Shown piece by piece: positions 35,558 through 47,670 of a stretch of DNA of 64,000 nucleotides. A program made the position numbers and the translations under genes. The stretch is from Cyanophora paradoxa CCMP329 (lineage: Eukaryota > Plantae > Glaucophyta). The stretch spans positions 558,001-622,000 of the forward strand of contig QPMI01000017.1 in the NCBI GenBank assembly GCA_004431415.1, written 5' to 3'. The notes under the pieces are model-generated. The model had not been told where the DNA came from. It did no database searches and saw nothing but the letters and a program-made list of their open reading frames with translations. Numbering within the stretch: position 1 is the stretch's first letter; each line of letters begins with the position of its first letter.

Positions 35558-37827
35558 CTAGGCCTCGGGCACCTCGAAGATCCGGACGTCGGCGTGGGGG
35601 AGGAGCGCCGCGAGCTCCGCCCCCGCCTCCTCCGCCTGAGGGAGCGAGAAGGCGAGTCGCGCGGAGGGGGCGAGCGGGGGTGCGAGGGGGCCGGGGGCGG
35701 GGCGCGCCTGCGGCGGCTTCCCGCCGAGGACGAGGACCGTCAGCGCGCGCCCGAACTCCGCCCCGGCGAGGCGCCCCAGGGCCCCAAAGGCCGCCCGCGG
35801 CACCGGCCCCCCGTCCACCCAGTGCCGCAGGCACACCCGCTCCAGCCGCTCGCATCCCGCCAGTGCCTGTGGGGGCGTCTCGGTCGGGGGTACAGGCGGG
35901 TCGAAGGGCATAGGGGGTACTTGGGCCTCCTCGAGGGAGAGGGGGGCCGGGACGTTCGTGTGGGTCCAGCTGCGGAGGGCGCTTCGGCCGGCGGCGGCGA
36001 GGGCGGCGGTCTTCCTGTTTCCCACGAAGGCCAAGTCCCCCAGGGAGACCTGCCTGCCCGGCCTCAGAAAGGAAATGTCCCCGCGCCGGCCCGAACCCGC
36101 GCGCGCACGCTAAGGGAGTTGAGGGCGGGCAGGGCGGCGACGGCGGCGGCGAGGGCCTCGAGGAGCCCCGCGGTGGGGCGCAGGATGCCCAGCCCGAGGG
36201 ACGAGAGCCTCGTGAGCCGCGCCAGGTTGGCCACCAGGGGGACCGCCACGGGCACCACCTGCACGCGTACCCCGCTCGCACGCACCCCTCCCCAGGAGGG
36301 GAGGGGGGGAGGCGAGGCGCACCGGGGCGCTGAGGATCTCGAGGGACTCGAGGTTGGTGTACCCCGGGAGGCTGGCGAGGACCTCTGGGCCGAGGACGCC
36401 CTGCAGGCGGAGGGCGCGGAGGGAGGCGCGCAGGGGCCCCTCGGCCGGCAGCGCCGAGATGCGCCCCGTCAGCGTCGGCAGCTGCCCGCTCAGCGTCCTC
36501 ACGGAGAGGTCGGCGAGGGAGGCCAGGCCCGCCAGCGGCTCCAGCGTGCCCGCGAGGGGGTACGTCCCCAGCGCCAGCGTCTGCGCCGGGCCGGGGCGCT
36601 TCAGCAGCGGGGCGGCGCGCCGGCCGGCCCTGAGCGGGCACCTGCAGGCGGGGCAGCGCCGAGGCGACGGCGGCGACGAACTCGGGTTGGAACTCGAGGG
36701 GCGGCAGCCGCAGGCACGTCAGCGCTGCGCGCGGCGGGTCGGCAACGAGGAGACGAGGCGACGAGGGGACAATGGCGACGAGGGGACAAAGGCGACGAGG
36801 GGCCGGCGGGGCGCACACGGGAGGCGGGAGAGCAGGGCGCGCCACTGCTTGAAGACGCCGAAGGCCCCCTCGACGGCGATGCGGGCGTCGAGGGCCACCC
36901 CGGGGAAGCCCGCCGGAGCGTACTCCAGCGTCCGGAGCGCCTTGGAGCCCCGGAGCGCTGCGCTCCGAGGCTTAGGCGCGCTCGCTCGCTGCGGGGGCGG
37001 GAGGCGGACCGCACCGGTCAGGACGCACGCGAGGATCTCGCTCGGCCACGAGACGCTCGGGCCCCGCTGGATCTCTCCCGTCCTCCGGAGGCTCGGCACG
37101 TGCGCGCTCGCGAACTCCACGCTCAGCCTGCGCGCCCCCGCGCGCGCGGGCCCGCAGGCGTCGGACCGGAGGCGCCGGCCGGGACCCGGCGGGGGCGCGG
37201 CGGGGCGGGGCGGGCGCGGCCGCACCGCTCGACGGCGTCGTGCGCGCGGAGGCCCTCGAGCAGGCGCGCGAGGGCCGGCGCCGCGGCCGTCCCCACGAAG
37301 AAGGGACTCGCCGCCTCCACGTCCAGCGCCACGGCCCAGGGCCCCGGCAGCAGCCCGCGCGCCGCCGCCCGCCCCAGCACCTCGAGCTCCGCCGCCTCCG
37401 CCCGCGCCAGCGCCTCGAGCTCCCCCGCCCCCTGAGCCGCCGCCGCGTCCGCCTGCAGCTCCTCGCCGACCAGCGGGTCCAGCACGAAAACGCTGATGTT
37501 GAGGCTGCGGGCGCGTCCTCCTGAATCGGCCCAGCTGACGCCTTTCCTCAGCAGCCTTGCGAAACGGGCGCTGACCGCCCAGAGGCGGGCGCGGCACAGG
37601 GCCTCGCGCATGCCGACGAGTTCGATGACCCTCGCCAGCAGCTCGTCGGGCAGGTCGTCCAGCGCAGCGCCGCGCGCGTTCGGCGAGCCCGCATGCGCCG
37701 CGGCGCTCGCGGATATCGATGCCTGTGCGGCGGCCGCGGCTGGCGCCGAGGCCCGGGCCGGCTCCAACGCGGCCGCAACGGACGCCAGCTCATCTCCCCC
37801 GACTGTGACTGCCTGACCCGGTCGCAT
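35558..37827 (-). CDS. F-box / LRR-like protein, multi-exon
   Basis: ALDDLPDELLARVIELVG...LWAVSARFARLL (F-box); Leu-rich repeats LRALRL, YTNLESLEI, LTRLSSLGL, CERLERVCL. Confidence 0.72.
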
Positions 37828-38312
37828 TGCTACACTTGGCACTGATACGACGTGGCGCTTGGCGCTGCTATACTGCTTTGCAAGGCGCGCGCGCTGCCAA
37901 CGATGTCGCACTCGCCGTGCGCGGTCTTATCGGTCTTATCGGTAGCTCAGCGCGCCGGTAGCTCAACTTCTGGACCCGGCGCACTAGTCGCCTGTACCCC
38001 TTTCGGCCCAAACAGGCAGCGCTGCCCGGCCCCCAGTAGGCGCTCTGAGAGGACGCTGAACACCTAGCGGGGTTGTCGGCAACGTCATTCCGCTTGTCGG
38101 CAACGTCATTCCGCTCGTCTGTCCAGGCTGTCCGTAGCTACAAGTAGAGAGGTGCGGAGCTGCTGGCAGACAACTCGGCGGGCGTGTCGCGGGGCCGCCG
38201 AGACGTCAAGCGGTCCTGTCGTCATGAGCCGCTCGCGCACAAACCAAGCCTCCCCTGCTTGTAGCTAGAGGATAGAGCGCGAGGCGTGCGCGCCGTGGAC
38301 GATCGGAGAGCC

Positions 38313-40129
38313 ATGCCGGCCGCCAAGAGTGCGCTCCGCTGGCGCCTGCTGCATTTCTTCTCTGCCCGCTCACATGCATGGGGCCGGGCGGCGCAGCGGG
38401 TCAAGGAGACCTCGAGCAGATGCTGGGCTCGGCGGAGGGATCGGGAAACGCGGAGCGGGAGCAGGCGCGCGCGCTGCTGAAGCTCGGCTCCTTCGGGCGG
38501 GAGCTGGTGCGGCAGTCGAACCTGCGGGCGGCGGAGCGGCTGCGGCTGCTGCAGCTGCAGGAGGAGCTCCACGGGAAGAAGCCGGCCTCGGGCAGCCTCT
38601 CCCGCGGCCGCGGCGTCGCTGCGCTCTTCCAGGGCGGCGGCGGGGCCTCCTCCTCCTCCAAGGCCGGCCCGGGCTCCCGCGCCGCCGCCCCCCGCTCCTC
38701 CAGCGTCGCCCAGCGCGCCTCGAAGCGCGTCCTCGTCGAGAAGCAGTCGGCGGCGCCGCGGACCGCCGGCGGCGGCGCCGCCTTCAACCGCATCCTCAAC
38801 GAGATCAACACCCTCCTCTGGCCCGCCCCGCCCCGCCCCGCCCCGCCCCCTTCCGGTCCGAGCGGCGGGGGCGGGCGCAGGCAGGCGGACCGGCTGGAGC
38901 AGGCCCACGGGCTCCTCATCCCGGGCGCCTGGACCCAGGGCCGCTTCGCCGACGCCAAGTACGACTTTTACGTGCGCCGTACCCCCCCATCGATTTATCC
39001 CCCCTTTCCCGGCTGACCCCGACCTCCCCGCAGGCCTTCGAGTGTACGCGCCGCGCTCCGCTCCCCGCCGCCCCTCTTCTCCCGCTGCGGGCCCCGACCC
39101 GGGCCCCGCGCGCAGACCTGGAGCGTGTACCCCTGACGATCCAGGTGGGGGGGGCGGAGGGCCCCGTGGAGGTGTACGCGGACGTGGGCAACCTGTACCC
39201 CTCCGACGACCGCTTCATGTGGCACGCGCAGCTCGCCGCCACCGGCGAGTCCCTCGTCGTGCGTACCCCCCTGCTTCCCCCTCCCGTCTTGCCCCTCTTC
39301 GGTCCTGACAAATCGTATCCCCTCCGCTTCGCTCCCCGCAGCTGGACCTGGAGAAGGAACCCGAGATCCCTTCCGCGGTACCCCCGCCCCGCCCGTTCCC
39401 CCCTCCATGGGGGCTTACCGCTCGGGGCAGGGCTGGGTGTTCGTGTCGGCGCGGCCGGCGGGGCGGTCGGCGGGCCCGTACGCGATCCGGGTCTCGTGCA
39501 AGCAGCACAGGAAGCTGGGGCACGAGGCCCCCGCCCAGGGCCGCGTCAACGGCACCGGCTTCGTCCACTGCAAGTACCAGGCCCGCCCTCCCGCCCCCCC
39601 CCCCCCCTCCCCCCCCCCCGCCCCGCCCCGCCCCCCTCCTTCTGCCCTGACAACGCGGCCTCTGCCATCTCGTCCCAGGTGCCCGCGGGGCACAACTACG
39701 TGGCGGTGCAGATGACCCTCGTGCGCGGCTCCGCCGAGCTCGTCGCCTCCACCACCGACGAGTTCCCCACCCGCGGCCCGCCCGCCCGCCCCCGCCCCCG
39801 CCCCCCGCCTCCTCCGCCCCCAGCTCTCCTCTGACGAGGACGAGACCGCGCGCAGCCAAGCCGCAGTACAAGGGGAGCCGCGTGGGGCAGGACACGGTGG
39901 TCGTCGAGGTGGACGACCCAAATCTGAAGACCAACGGTCCGCGCTCCCGCTCGCACCGCTTGGCCGGCCCCGCCTGACGCTCCTCCTCCTCCGCTGCGCC
40001 CTCAGACTGGGTGTACGTTGGGGTGGGCGGGTGCAACGAGGAGGCGCGCTACGTCCTCCGCGCCTCGAGCGAGCGCCGCGAGCGCCTCCGCCGCCCCGCC
40101 GCGCCTCCACCTCCCCGGCCCCCGCCGGC

Positions 40130-40160
<31 letters not shown>

Positions 40161-41970
40161 TGCAGCCGCCGCCGCTGCCGCCGCCTCGCCGGGCGCCAAG
40201 CCCGGCACGCCGCTCCCCGAGGCCGCCGGTGCGCGCTGCGAGGCTTCCGCTCCTTTCTCGCACGCCCCGGCCCCGTCAGCCGCAGGGATGCAGCGGACGG
40301 CCTCGAGCGGCGGCCCCCGCGCGGGGGAGCAGCAGCACGGTGCGCCGCCCCTTCTCTCCCCTCGTCCCCCGCGCCGACGCCGCCCCGCGGCGCCGCAGGG
40401 GCGACTCGGTGCTCCCGCCCTTCGCCCGCCTCCGCTGGCACGTCCCGGGGCGCCCCGGGCGCGCCCACCGCCGCCCCGGCTCCCGCGCCGGCGCGGGGGC
40501 CCCCGGGGAGGGCGGGCGTGAGGGCGGGGCGGAGGAGGCGCCGGAGCTCGAGAGGGCGGACCGGGCGCGCCACCTCGCCCGGCGCTACGCCGGCGTGGGC
40601 GAGGCCGCCGGGCCCGGGCCCGCCCCGGGCGGCAGCCCGCGGGCCCCTCGCCGCCCCGGCGAGCTCGTCCCCGCCCCGCTCCCCGAGCCCCCGCCCGCCC
40701 ACCGCCGCCGCCGCCGCCTCCCCCGCCTCGGCCTCGGCGTCGGCCTCGGCCCCGCCCCGCCGGAGTCGCCGCCGGGGTCGCCGGGGCCGGACTACACGCG
40801 GGCGGCGTTCGAGGGCCCGGGGCGGGGCCGCCTGCCCGGCGTCGTCCTCCCGGCGGACTTCGTGCACGGCGCGTGGGGCGACGCCGCCGAGTGGGACCCC
40901 GCCGCCGCCCTCCTCCGCGCCCTCGCCGCCTCGGGCTCCCTCCCCGCCCTCTCCCCCGCCCCCGCCTGGCCCCCCGACATCAGCCCCGTCTACCGCGCCC
41001 GGCCCCTCTCCCGCGGCCCGTACCCCCGCCCCGCCGCCCCGGGGGTCCTCGAGGACGCCGCCGGCCTCCACCCCGTCGTCCTCCTCAGGCCCGCCCTTCC
41101 GCCGCCGCCCCTTACCGTAGTACCCCCCTCCCCTTCTGCATCTCACCGCGTACCCCCACCCCGCAGGTCCTCCTCCCCGGCGAGCCTGATCGCGAACTTC
41201 GCCCCCCCGGAGGGCGGGCCGGCGCTCCCCGCGGAGTGGCTGGCGCAGTGGGGCCAGCTGGGGTCACGTTCCCCTACCCCGCCCAGCCCGGGCCCGGGCG
41301 CCCTCGACGAGTCCCGCGCCGCGGGGCCGGAGGGGCGGAGGAGGAGGCGGCCCCGGCCTCGCCCCCCGGCGGGCCTGGCGCGGCTGCACGGCCTCCCCGC
41401 GGAGGAGGAGCCGCCCGAGACGCCCCCGGGGCGGGAGGGGACGCCGGGGCGCACCAGCAGCGCTCGCCGCTGCCGCCGCCGATGATGGCCGTCCTCGAGG
41501 ACCGGCGGGGCGGCCACGGGCGCCGCGTCTTCCGCCCCTGGTACGCCCAGCAGGCCTCGCGCGCCCCGCCCGCCAAGCCCCGCGCCGGCGCGGGGGGCGT
41601 GCCGGGCGGGGCGGGAGGGCGCCCGGAGGACGTGCCGCGGGTGCTCCTCAGCAGGCAGGTGGGCAACCAGAGCGTCTCGCGGGCGCAGACGGCGGCCGCC
41701 CTGCGCCGCGCCCGCCCGGCCTCGGGGCCCGGCCTCTCCCTCTCCGCCTCCCTGCCCTCCCTGCCCCACGCCCTGGACCCGCTCGACGGGCCCTCCCTCC
41801 TCGCGCCCCAGGTGCCCCTCGAGCTCACGCCGCCGCCGCGTCGCCGCTCGCAGGATCCTGAGTCCTCCTCCCTTCGCAGGTCAGCCCCTGGCGCCCCCGG
41901 CGCTAGCCGCGCTGAGACTCCTATGCTGAACCTTGCTGGCGTACCTTTAGTTACCGCCCTTCAAGCTTAA
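38313..41970 (+). CDS. Uncharacterised multi-exon protein with two PPC-like beta-sandwich repeats and a low-complexity C-terminus (gene X, copy 1)
   Basis: Consistent splicing from ATG 38313. Two similar units: VEVYADVGNLYPSDDRFMW...GWVFVSARP...YAIRVS and AELVASTTDEFPTRAKPQY...DWVYVGVGG...YVLRAS. 3' end uncertain. Confidence 0.6.
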
Positions 41971-42116
41971 GGCTTCTTAATGTGCTTGTGGTCCTTTTCT
42001 TGAGAGAGTACGGAGGGGCGAACCCGGCGAACCCCCCGTGGTTAGGTCTATTGTTTTTATTCGGCGAAGCCTGGAAAATTAATTGGCTGGAATACGTATA
42101 CCTTGCAATTGTCTGA

Positions 42117-42296
42117 ATTTACCCGCGCTTTAGCGCAGTGGTATGAGGTCGTGCTACGACCTCCCGGATTCCCGGGTTCGGTTCCTGCTGTTTCCGCTAC
42201 GTTGTACTTCGAATCCTTGTGATTCCCGAAACCGTGACTTGTATCCTCGTTGTGTACTACGAGTGGGCACGCCCACCGTAGATCTTTAAAAAAAAA
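42117..42296 (+). mobile_element. tRNA-derived SINE, full length
   Basis: A-box TAGCGCAGTGG (42131-42141), B-box-like GGTTCGGTTCC (42175-42185), poly-A tail 42288-42296, flanking direct repeat TTGCAATTG(T/A)CTGA. Confidence 0.75.
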
Positions 42297-42418
42297 TTGC
42301 AATTGACTGATATCGATCATGATATCGATCATCGTGATCATGATCTGCTCGCGCGGCCAGCACGTGCTCGCGCGGCACGTGCTATTGTTTTTATTCAGCG
42401 TAAAATTAAAGCCTGGAA

Positions 42419-42577
42419 TTTTTTTTTTTTAAGATCTACGGTGGGCGTGCCCACTCGTAGTACACAACGAGGATACAAGTCACGGTATCGGGAATCACAA
42501 GGATTCGAAGTACAACGTAGCGGAAACAGCAGGAACCGAACCCGGGAATCCGGGAGGTCGTAGCACGACCTTATACC
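42419..42577 (-). mobile_element. Second copy of the same SINE, 5'-truncated, opposite orientation
   Basis: Near-perfect reverse complement of 42140-42296; T12 tail at 42419-42430; TSD AAAGCCTGGAA (42408-42418, 42578-42588). Confidence 0.8.
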
Positions 42578-43229
42578 AAAGCCTGGAAATTGGCTGGAAT
42601 ACCTTGACTGATCATGATGTCCTCGCGCGGCCCGAGTGCGATCGCGAGTCCGCGACCGATGACTCCGATGACTCCGATCGCGATCGCGAGATCTCCTTTG
42701 CCATGGACTCCCATCATGGGGGCGCCGCCGCGTGCCCGGCCCGCGCACACGCGCGCCCGCGGCCGCGGCCCGGCGCAGGCGCGCGCCAAATGCAACTGCA
42801 GCGCTAGCGCTAGCGCTAGCGCTCGTCCGCGGCGCCGGCGCGCGCAGGCCCGGCCGCGAGCTGGGCGCGCGCATCGCCGGCGCCGGCGAGAGACCGGCAA
42901 AGTCCTCGGGTCCCCACACCTTTTTGGGCCGTCGCGGCGGCGCGCGGAGGGCCTCGCGGACGACCGGGTTGCGCGTCTTTGGCTTGGAAGACGCGTCGGG
43001 AGCGCCGGCGCGGGCGGCCTTGGCGGAAGAGCGGCGGGCGGTCTTGGGCATGATGTAGTCTTCTTGTTGGATCGAGGTGAGAGAATGAAGGCCCCGACGC
43101 CGCGGTTCCTCACAAAAGTGCGCAGGAATCATTTGAATCCGCTTCAAGTGAATCTTCGTGGGGCGTATATGCGGGTACGACGGAGCCTCGGCGCCGCGCG
43201 CGTACCCCCGTCCGTCGCTGACCAACATG

Positions 43230-43510
43230 CAGCCATCCTCGACCCCTACCACCGGCCGAGGGCGGCGGGGGGGGGGGTACGGCGCTGGAGGCGCCGCCTC
43301 GTATATTATACGTAGGGGGCGGAGCTGGCCGCATCACGGTCGGGCTGTTCGGGTACGATCAAGTCTTACCCCCCTATTGCTGCTAACCGGGATGCAGCCA
43401 TCCTCACCCCCTACCGTAGTACCGCCGCGCCGGCCGAGTTCGAGGGAGGGGGGTACGGCGCCGTGAGGCAGCGGGCGCATAGGGGGTGGGCCTGGCCGCA
43501 TCCTGGTCGC
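43230..43510. repeat. Degenerate ~155-bp tandem duplication (also near 59584-59865)
   Basis: CAGCCATCCTC(G)ACCCCTACC...GGGGGTACGGCGC...CTGGCCGCATC occurs twice. Confidence 0.6.
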
Positions 43511-43735
43511 TCGCGATCGAGGCACGCCTCACCTCGGGCTCTCCGCCGGCCCGGCCCGTGCGTATCCGCCCGCAATCGGCGTACCCCCCCACCTTTCATC
43601 CCCGCAGGCGTTGGAGAACGCTCCCTAGGGCAAAGCGAGTGCGTGGGTGTGAACCGTGTGTGTGGGAGGGAGCATGCGCAGATGAAATTGAACTGAATTA
43701 GAAGTCATCGAAACTAGTAACCGATCGATGATCGA

Positions 43736-44384
43736 TTAGATGAAAGGCAAACGGAGACCCAGGTGGATCGCTACAGCTCGTCTGCGAGCCTCCAAGGTCG
43801 CTTGCGCAGGCAGCTGGAGCCCGTAGAAGGCGATGAGCTGCTGCAGCTCGGGCCCGGTGAGGTTGTCGAGGCGTGTGCGATTCGGGACGCGCAGGGCAAG
43901 ATCCGGCAGGAGTCCGTCTGCTCTCGCGATATCGAGGAAGGGAAGGACCTCGCCGTTGCCCTGGCAACAGGACTTTGTCAGTGCGTATGCGACGAGCTCA
44001 GGAACCGCAAAGCGAACCCGCATGCCGTTGTCCACCTTGTTCAGCTGGCAGGGCGAGAGCGTCAGCTCGAGCTACGCTCGGCGGGACGAGTGCGTCGCTG
44101 CTCACCTGCACGGCGATCTCACGCTGCCCCTCCCGGAGCTCCTGGATCGCCAGCTGGATTTGCTGGAGCTGGTTCATGATCTGTTGGTTGCGGGACGCTG
44201 GTAAGCGGATGCGCAAGCCTTCCAGATCTAGCCCGGTAGAGCAAACGAGACGCACTTGCACGTTCGGAGGGAGGGGCGCCATCGCATTCTGAAGAGCACC
44301 GCCAACGGCAGCCACCTGCTGCCCCAGTAAAACCACGGTGTTCCCAAGTTCGTTCACTTGGGCGTTGAACAGGTGTCCTGCCAT
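43736..44384 (-). CDS. Coiled-coil protein with Mug135/DUF1773-like C-terminal domain (3 exons, ~170 aa), copy 1
   Basis: Two GT-AG introns join MAGHLFNAQVNELGNTVV...NVQ / IMNQLQQIQLAIQELREGQREIAVQ / LNKVDN...PNRTRLDNLTGPELQQLIAFYGLQLPAQATLEARRRAVAIHLGL. Domain recognised from memory of the L-x-FYGL...RR...HLG pattern. Confidence 0.7.
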
Positions 44385-47300
44385 GGCCCGAGCCCGGCGC
44401 GCTGGCGGGTTTGGGCTGGAAGACGGCGCCGGCGCGGTTTACTAATGCCAGAACCAGTCTAAATTGTTTAAGCTTAGACTTGCTGAACCACAACCACTCT
44501 GCGACAAACCTGAACCAGCTTTGCACAGGGCCGAGATCGTATGTAGGGCTTTTGTTCTGATGTCCTACTTCTTCGCTGGCGACAAGATTTGCCAATGTCG
44601 GCACCCGCCATGAGCGTATCGGCCGTGTGTGTGCTCCGGTACCCCGGGCGAGCCCAGAGACCGGTTTAAAGTCGCCCCCCTCGCCCCGACCCCGGTTAGC
44701 CCGGGCCCCTGTGGCCTGAAGCTCACAGGGGGGAGCACCTCCCGACATGCAGGAGGCGGGGAGAGACTATGCGCGTGTGTCTGTCGGTCACCTATGCGGC
44801 ATCAGTACGGGCAGTTCCCCTGTGCGAAGCAGCCGTACGGAAGCTGCATGAGCTTCCCATAGCGCCGTATCCGGGGGCGGGTCGCTCCAGCATACATGGG
44901 CTTCCTGGGGTGGAGCGTGGGGGTGCATGTTCGGGTCCGTCTGAATGCGTTGGCGGCACGTCCGACAACGGGGGTGGGCGCTCGCGCCCTTAGATGCTAG
45001 AGCATCTTGCATTGCTCGCTTGCGCTTGGACATGACCTGACGTTTGTGCCGCTGCGGATTCTGCTGGCCCTCGTTCTCTAGATCTAGATCTGCAGCTGGA
45101 TCCGCGGCCGGAGCCGCGGGGGCGTTGACGTCGACCGGGCCGCCGCCCAGGTCGTCAGCTATATCTATCACTGCCGCGCCGGCTTGGCCGGCGCTTGGGT
45201 CCCCGTTAGAGGTCGAGCTCAAGCTTGCTAGACTGAGCAGCGCGTGTGCCGCTTCGATTTCGGGTTCCTGCAGCTCCGAGACTGCCCTGGCGTTCCCTGC
45301 AGCTGTCCCGGGCTCGGCTTCGAGGTCATCGCCATTGTGGTTGGGGTGCGCGGGAGCCCGAGGTCTGGGATTAAGGCGCCGGCTCGTGCTCGCGATATCG
45401 ATCGTGCTAGCGCTTGGGCCGGGGAGCGGCTCCTGGTCATGATCAGCGCTAGCGTTAGTAGCAGTCTCCCGCATACTTGAGCTTGCCCGGATTCGTGTGT
45501 CTATACGCGGTCGCCGCGGCGTCGTCCTGCTGCTGTCGGGATACGAGTTCTCTCTGTCGTTTGCGCGGGACCAAGGTCGTTTCCCGGTGATACTGCCCCG
45601 AGCTCGAGTCCGGTCTCTTGGGGCTGCGGCCGGGGCTTCCTGTCGTTGCTGGGGAGTGTTGCTGATATCTGCAAGGGCTGCTCGGCTTGCACTTGCGCGG
45701 GGCGTAGACGTCAGTGCAGGCGCTGCGTATGCATCCGTTAACGTTGCCGCGGCCGCGGCCGGTCCGCGTACGCTTGCCTGAGTTGGCGCGGTCGATTCCC
45801 CGGCGTCATCGCGTGTATTAGTCTCTGTGCTCGTGGTTTCCGCCGCATCTGGTTCCGTTCGAGTACGCGCTGGCCCCAAGCGTGTTGGGATCAAATCGCG
45901 TTCCTGTGGCTGTCGGCGTCGCTGGTGCTGCCGGCGCGGGCTCGAGCTCGATGGCCCTACTGTGACTGGGGCGACCTCTCGTACGTGCGCTGCGTGCCGT
46001 CCGGCGCGTTTTAGCTGTTCCGAAATGCCGACACTCCTTTCCCAATTAGCCGTCGCCGTGCAGCGCGGGATCCAGACGAACTTCTGAACCCCTCGTAGTA
46101 CCGTTCGTATGAGTTTGCGCCTAATGCGAGGGAGCCGGTCGCGCGCTCGGGGGTCGGGCTTCATCCAGGAAAGCAGTACCCCGTCCAGCTCCGTCGGAAG
46201 CGCGCCCCGAAGCACAAAGAGCGGATCGAAGTGATCGAGCAACTTCTCGGTATCCGTTCGCGGGTATTCGTTCGGCCCGGGAAGTCTGTGTCCCTCGAAT
46301 CGGCCTGTGAAATCTAGCATTCGCAGTCGAAGGCTTGGAGTCCCCGGATCGACCTTCCAGTCCTTGATGGCCTTCTTTATCGCGTCGTCTACGTCGTCCT
46401 GTATTCTGCGGAGCCCCTCGCGCGCCCTCAGGCATCGGAAGAGGTGCTCGATCGTCTCCTGCGCTCCGTGGCATCGGGCGCACAGTCCTTGACTATTTAC
46501 CGGCCCATATAGCTTTGGCTGGCGCAGCAGGCGCGTGGGAAGCAGCGGCAGCTTTCCGTCCAGCAGCTGGATGACCAACTTGCGGAAGCGCTGGACCTTG
46601 TCTGAGAGCGGTTTGCGGTTCTTGCGGATGTCGATGATTGATAGTACGGTGCGTAGTTCTGCCCCGTGTGCGAAGACCCATCTGCCCGCACCCGCGTTCA
46701 TTTGACGGGGCGAGCACGCCCACGCGTAGGCGTATCGTATACGGACTACGTCACGGACTGCTGTCATCAGGTCGTTTTCCAGGCGCCAGGTCAGTGCTGG
46801 GTCCTTAGGGCAGGGTTCGGCTGGCCCTCTATAGCATGGGACGAAGTTCCCTGCGTTCGGGGGAAACTTGAGCTCGGTGACCTCCTCCTCGAGTGACGCT
46901 CCCGCTTTCGCTAGGGCGTCTGCTGCCTCGTTCCGAGGCCCATGCGGCAGCTCGTCGGAGTGGCCCTTGACCCAGACGATCGCTGTGGTCCCGGTGCGTT
47001 TGTGGATGACCTCGGCTAGCGTTTTCAGAGTCTCATGTTGCGTTTTCCGCTGCAGCGCGGCGTCGACGGGTATGGGCCCACTCATACAGTGGCGATTTGC
47101 TGCCGTGACCGCCCCTTTGTTGTCGCAGTGGATCACGAGGTCGCGGTCCGGGCTTACCGAGGCCGCTGCATGAAGTATGCTGGTGAGCTCGGCTTTGTAG
47201 TTGCTTATCTGACCTCCAATTCTGACGCTTTCGTCCGGGTACTCTCCGGCAGGAAAGTGCACCCCGTAGCCGCTGCGGGCGTTCCTGGAGTCGGCGTGGA

Positions 47301-47670
47301 AGGTCGATCCGTCAACGTACGCCAAAATTGATAACCCCTCTTGCCGCGGCTGTATATTTACGCGCTTGAGCAGAGCTTCTGCTCGGGTCCATACTGTCGG
47401 TGTATGGATCTGCGGCTGTGCCGCGCGTCCTGCTCGGAGATCCTGTCGGAGTCTCCGCTCTCCTTGGCTTTGCCCTGCCTCGAGGACGTGCTCCTCCAGG
47501 AGCGAGAACCAGCGAGGGGGGGTACGTGGCGACTGTGCGCGTCTTACAAGGCTCCACGTTTTCATAGATCCTGGGCGCATCGCGTTCTCGATGTCGCCGA
47601 GGGACCAGAGGCCATGGTCTCGTAGGGCGGGGCCTATTTCGTCGAAGATAGGCCAGGGGAGGCATGTTTG

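Noticed and set aside
42005-42050. Helitron 3' end (GC hairpin plus CTRR) as the cause of the tandem array
   Set aside because: The hairpin is imperfect, and there is no terminal CTAG or matching 5' TC boundary.
42121-42195. Functional tRNA gene
   Set aside because: No convincing acceptor or anticodon arms, altered B-box, and it is followed by a SINE body, poly-A and TSD.
42800-43052. Basic ORF MPKTARRSSAK... on the minus strand (also near 57340-57603)
   Set aside because: Low complexity and no recognisable domain; cannot be supported as a gene.
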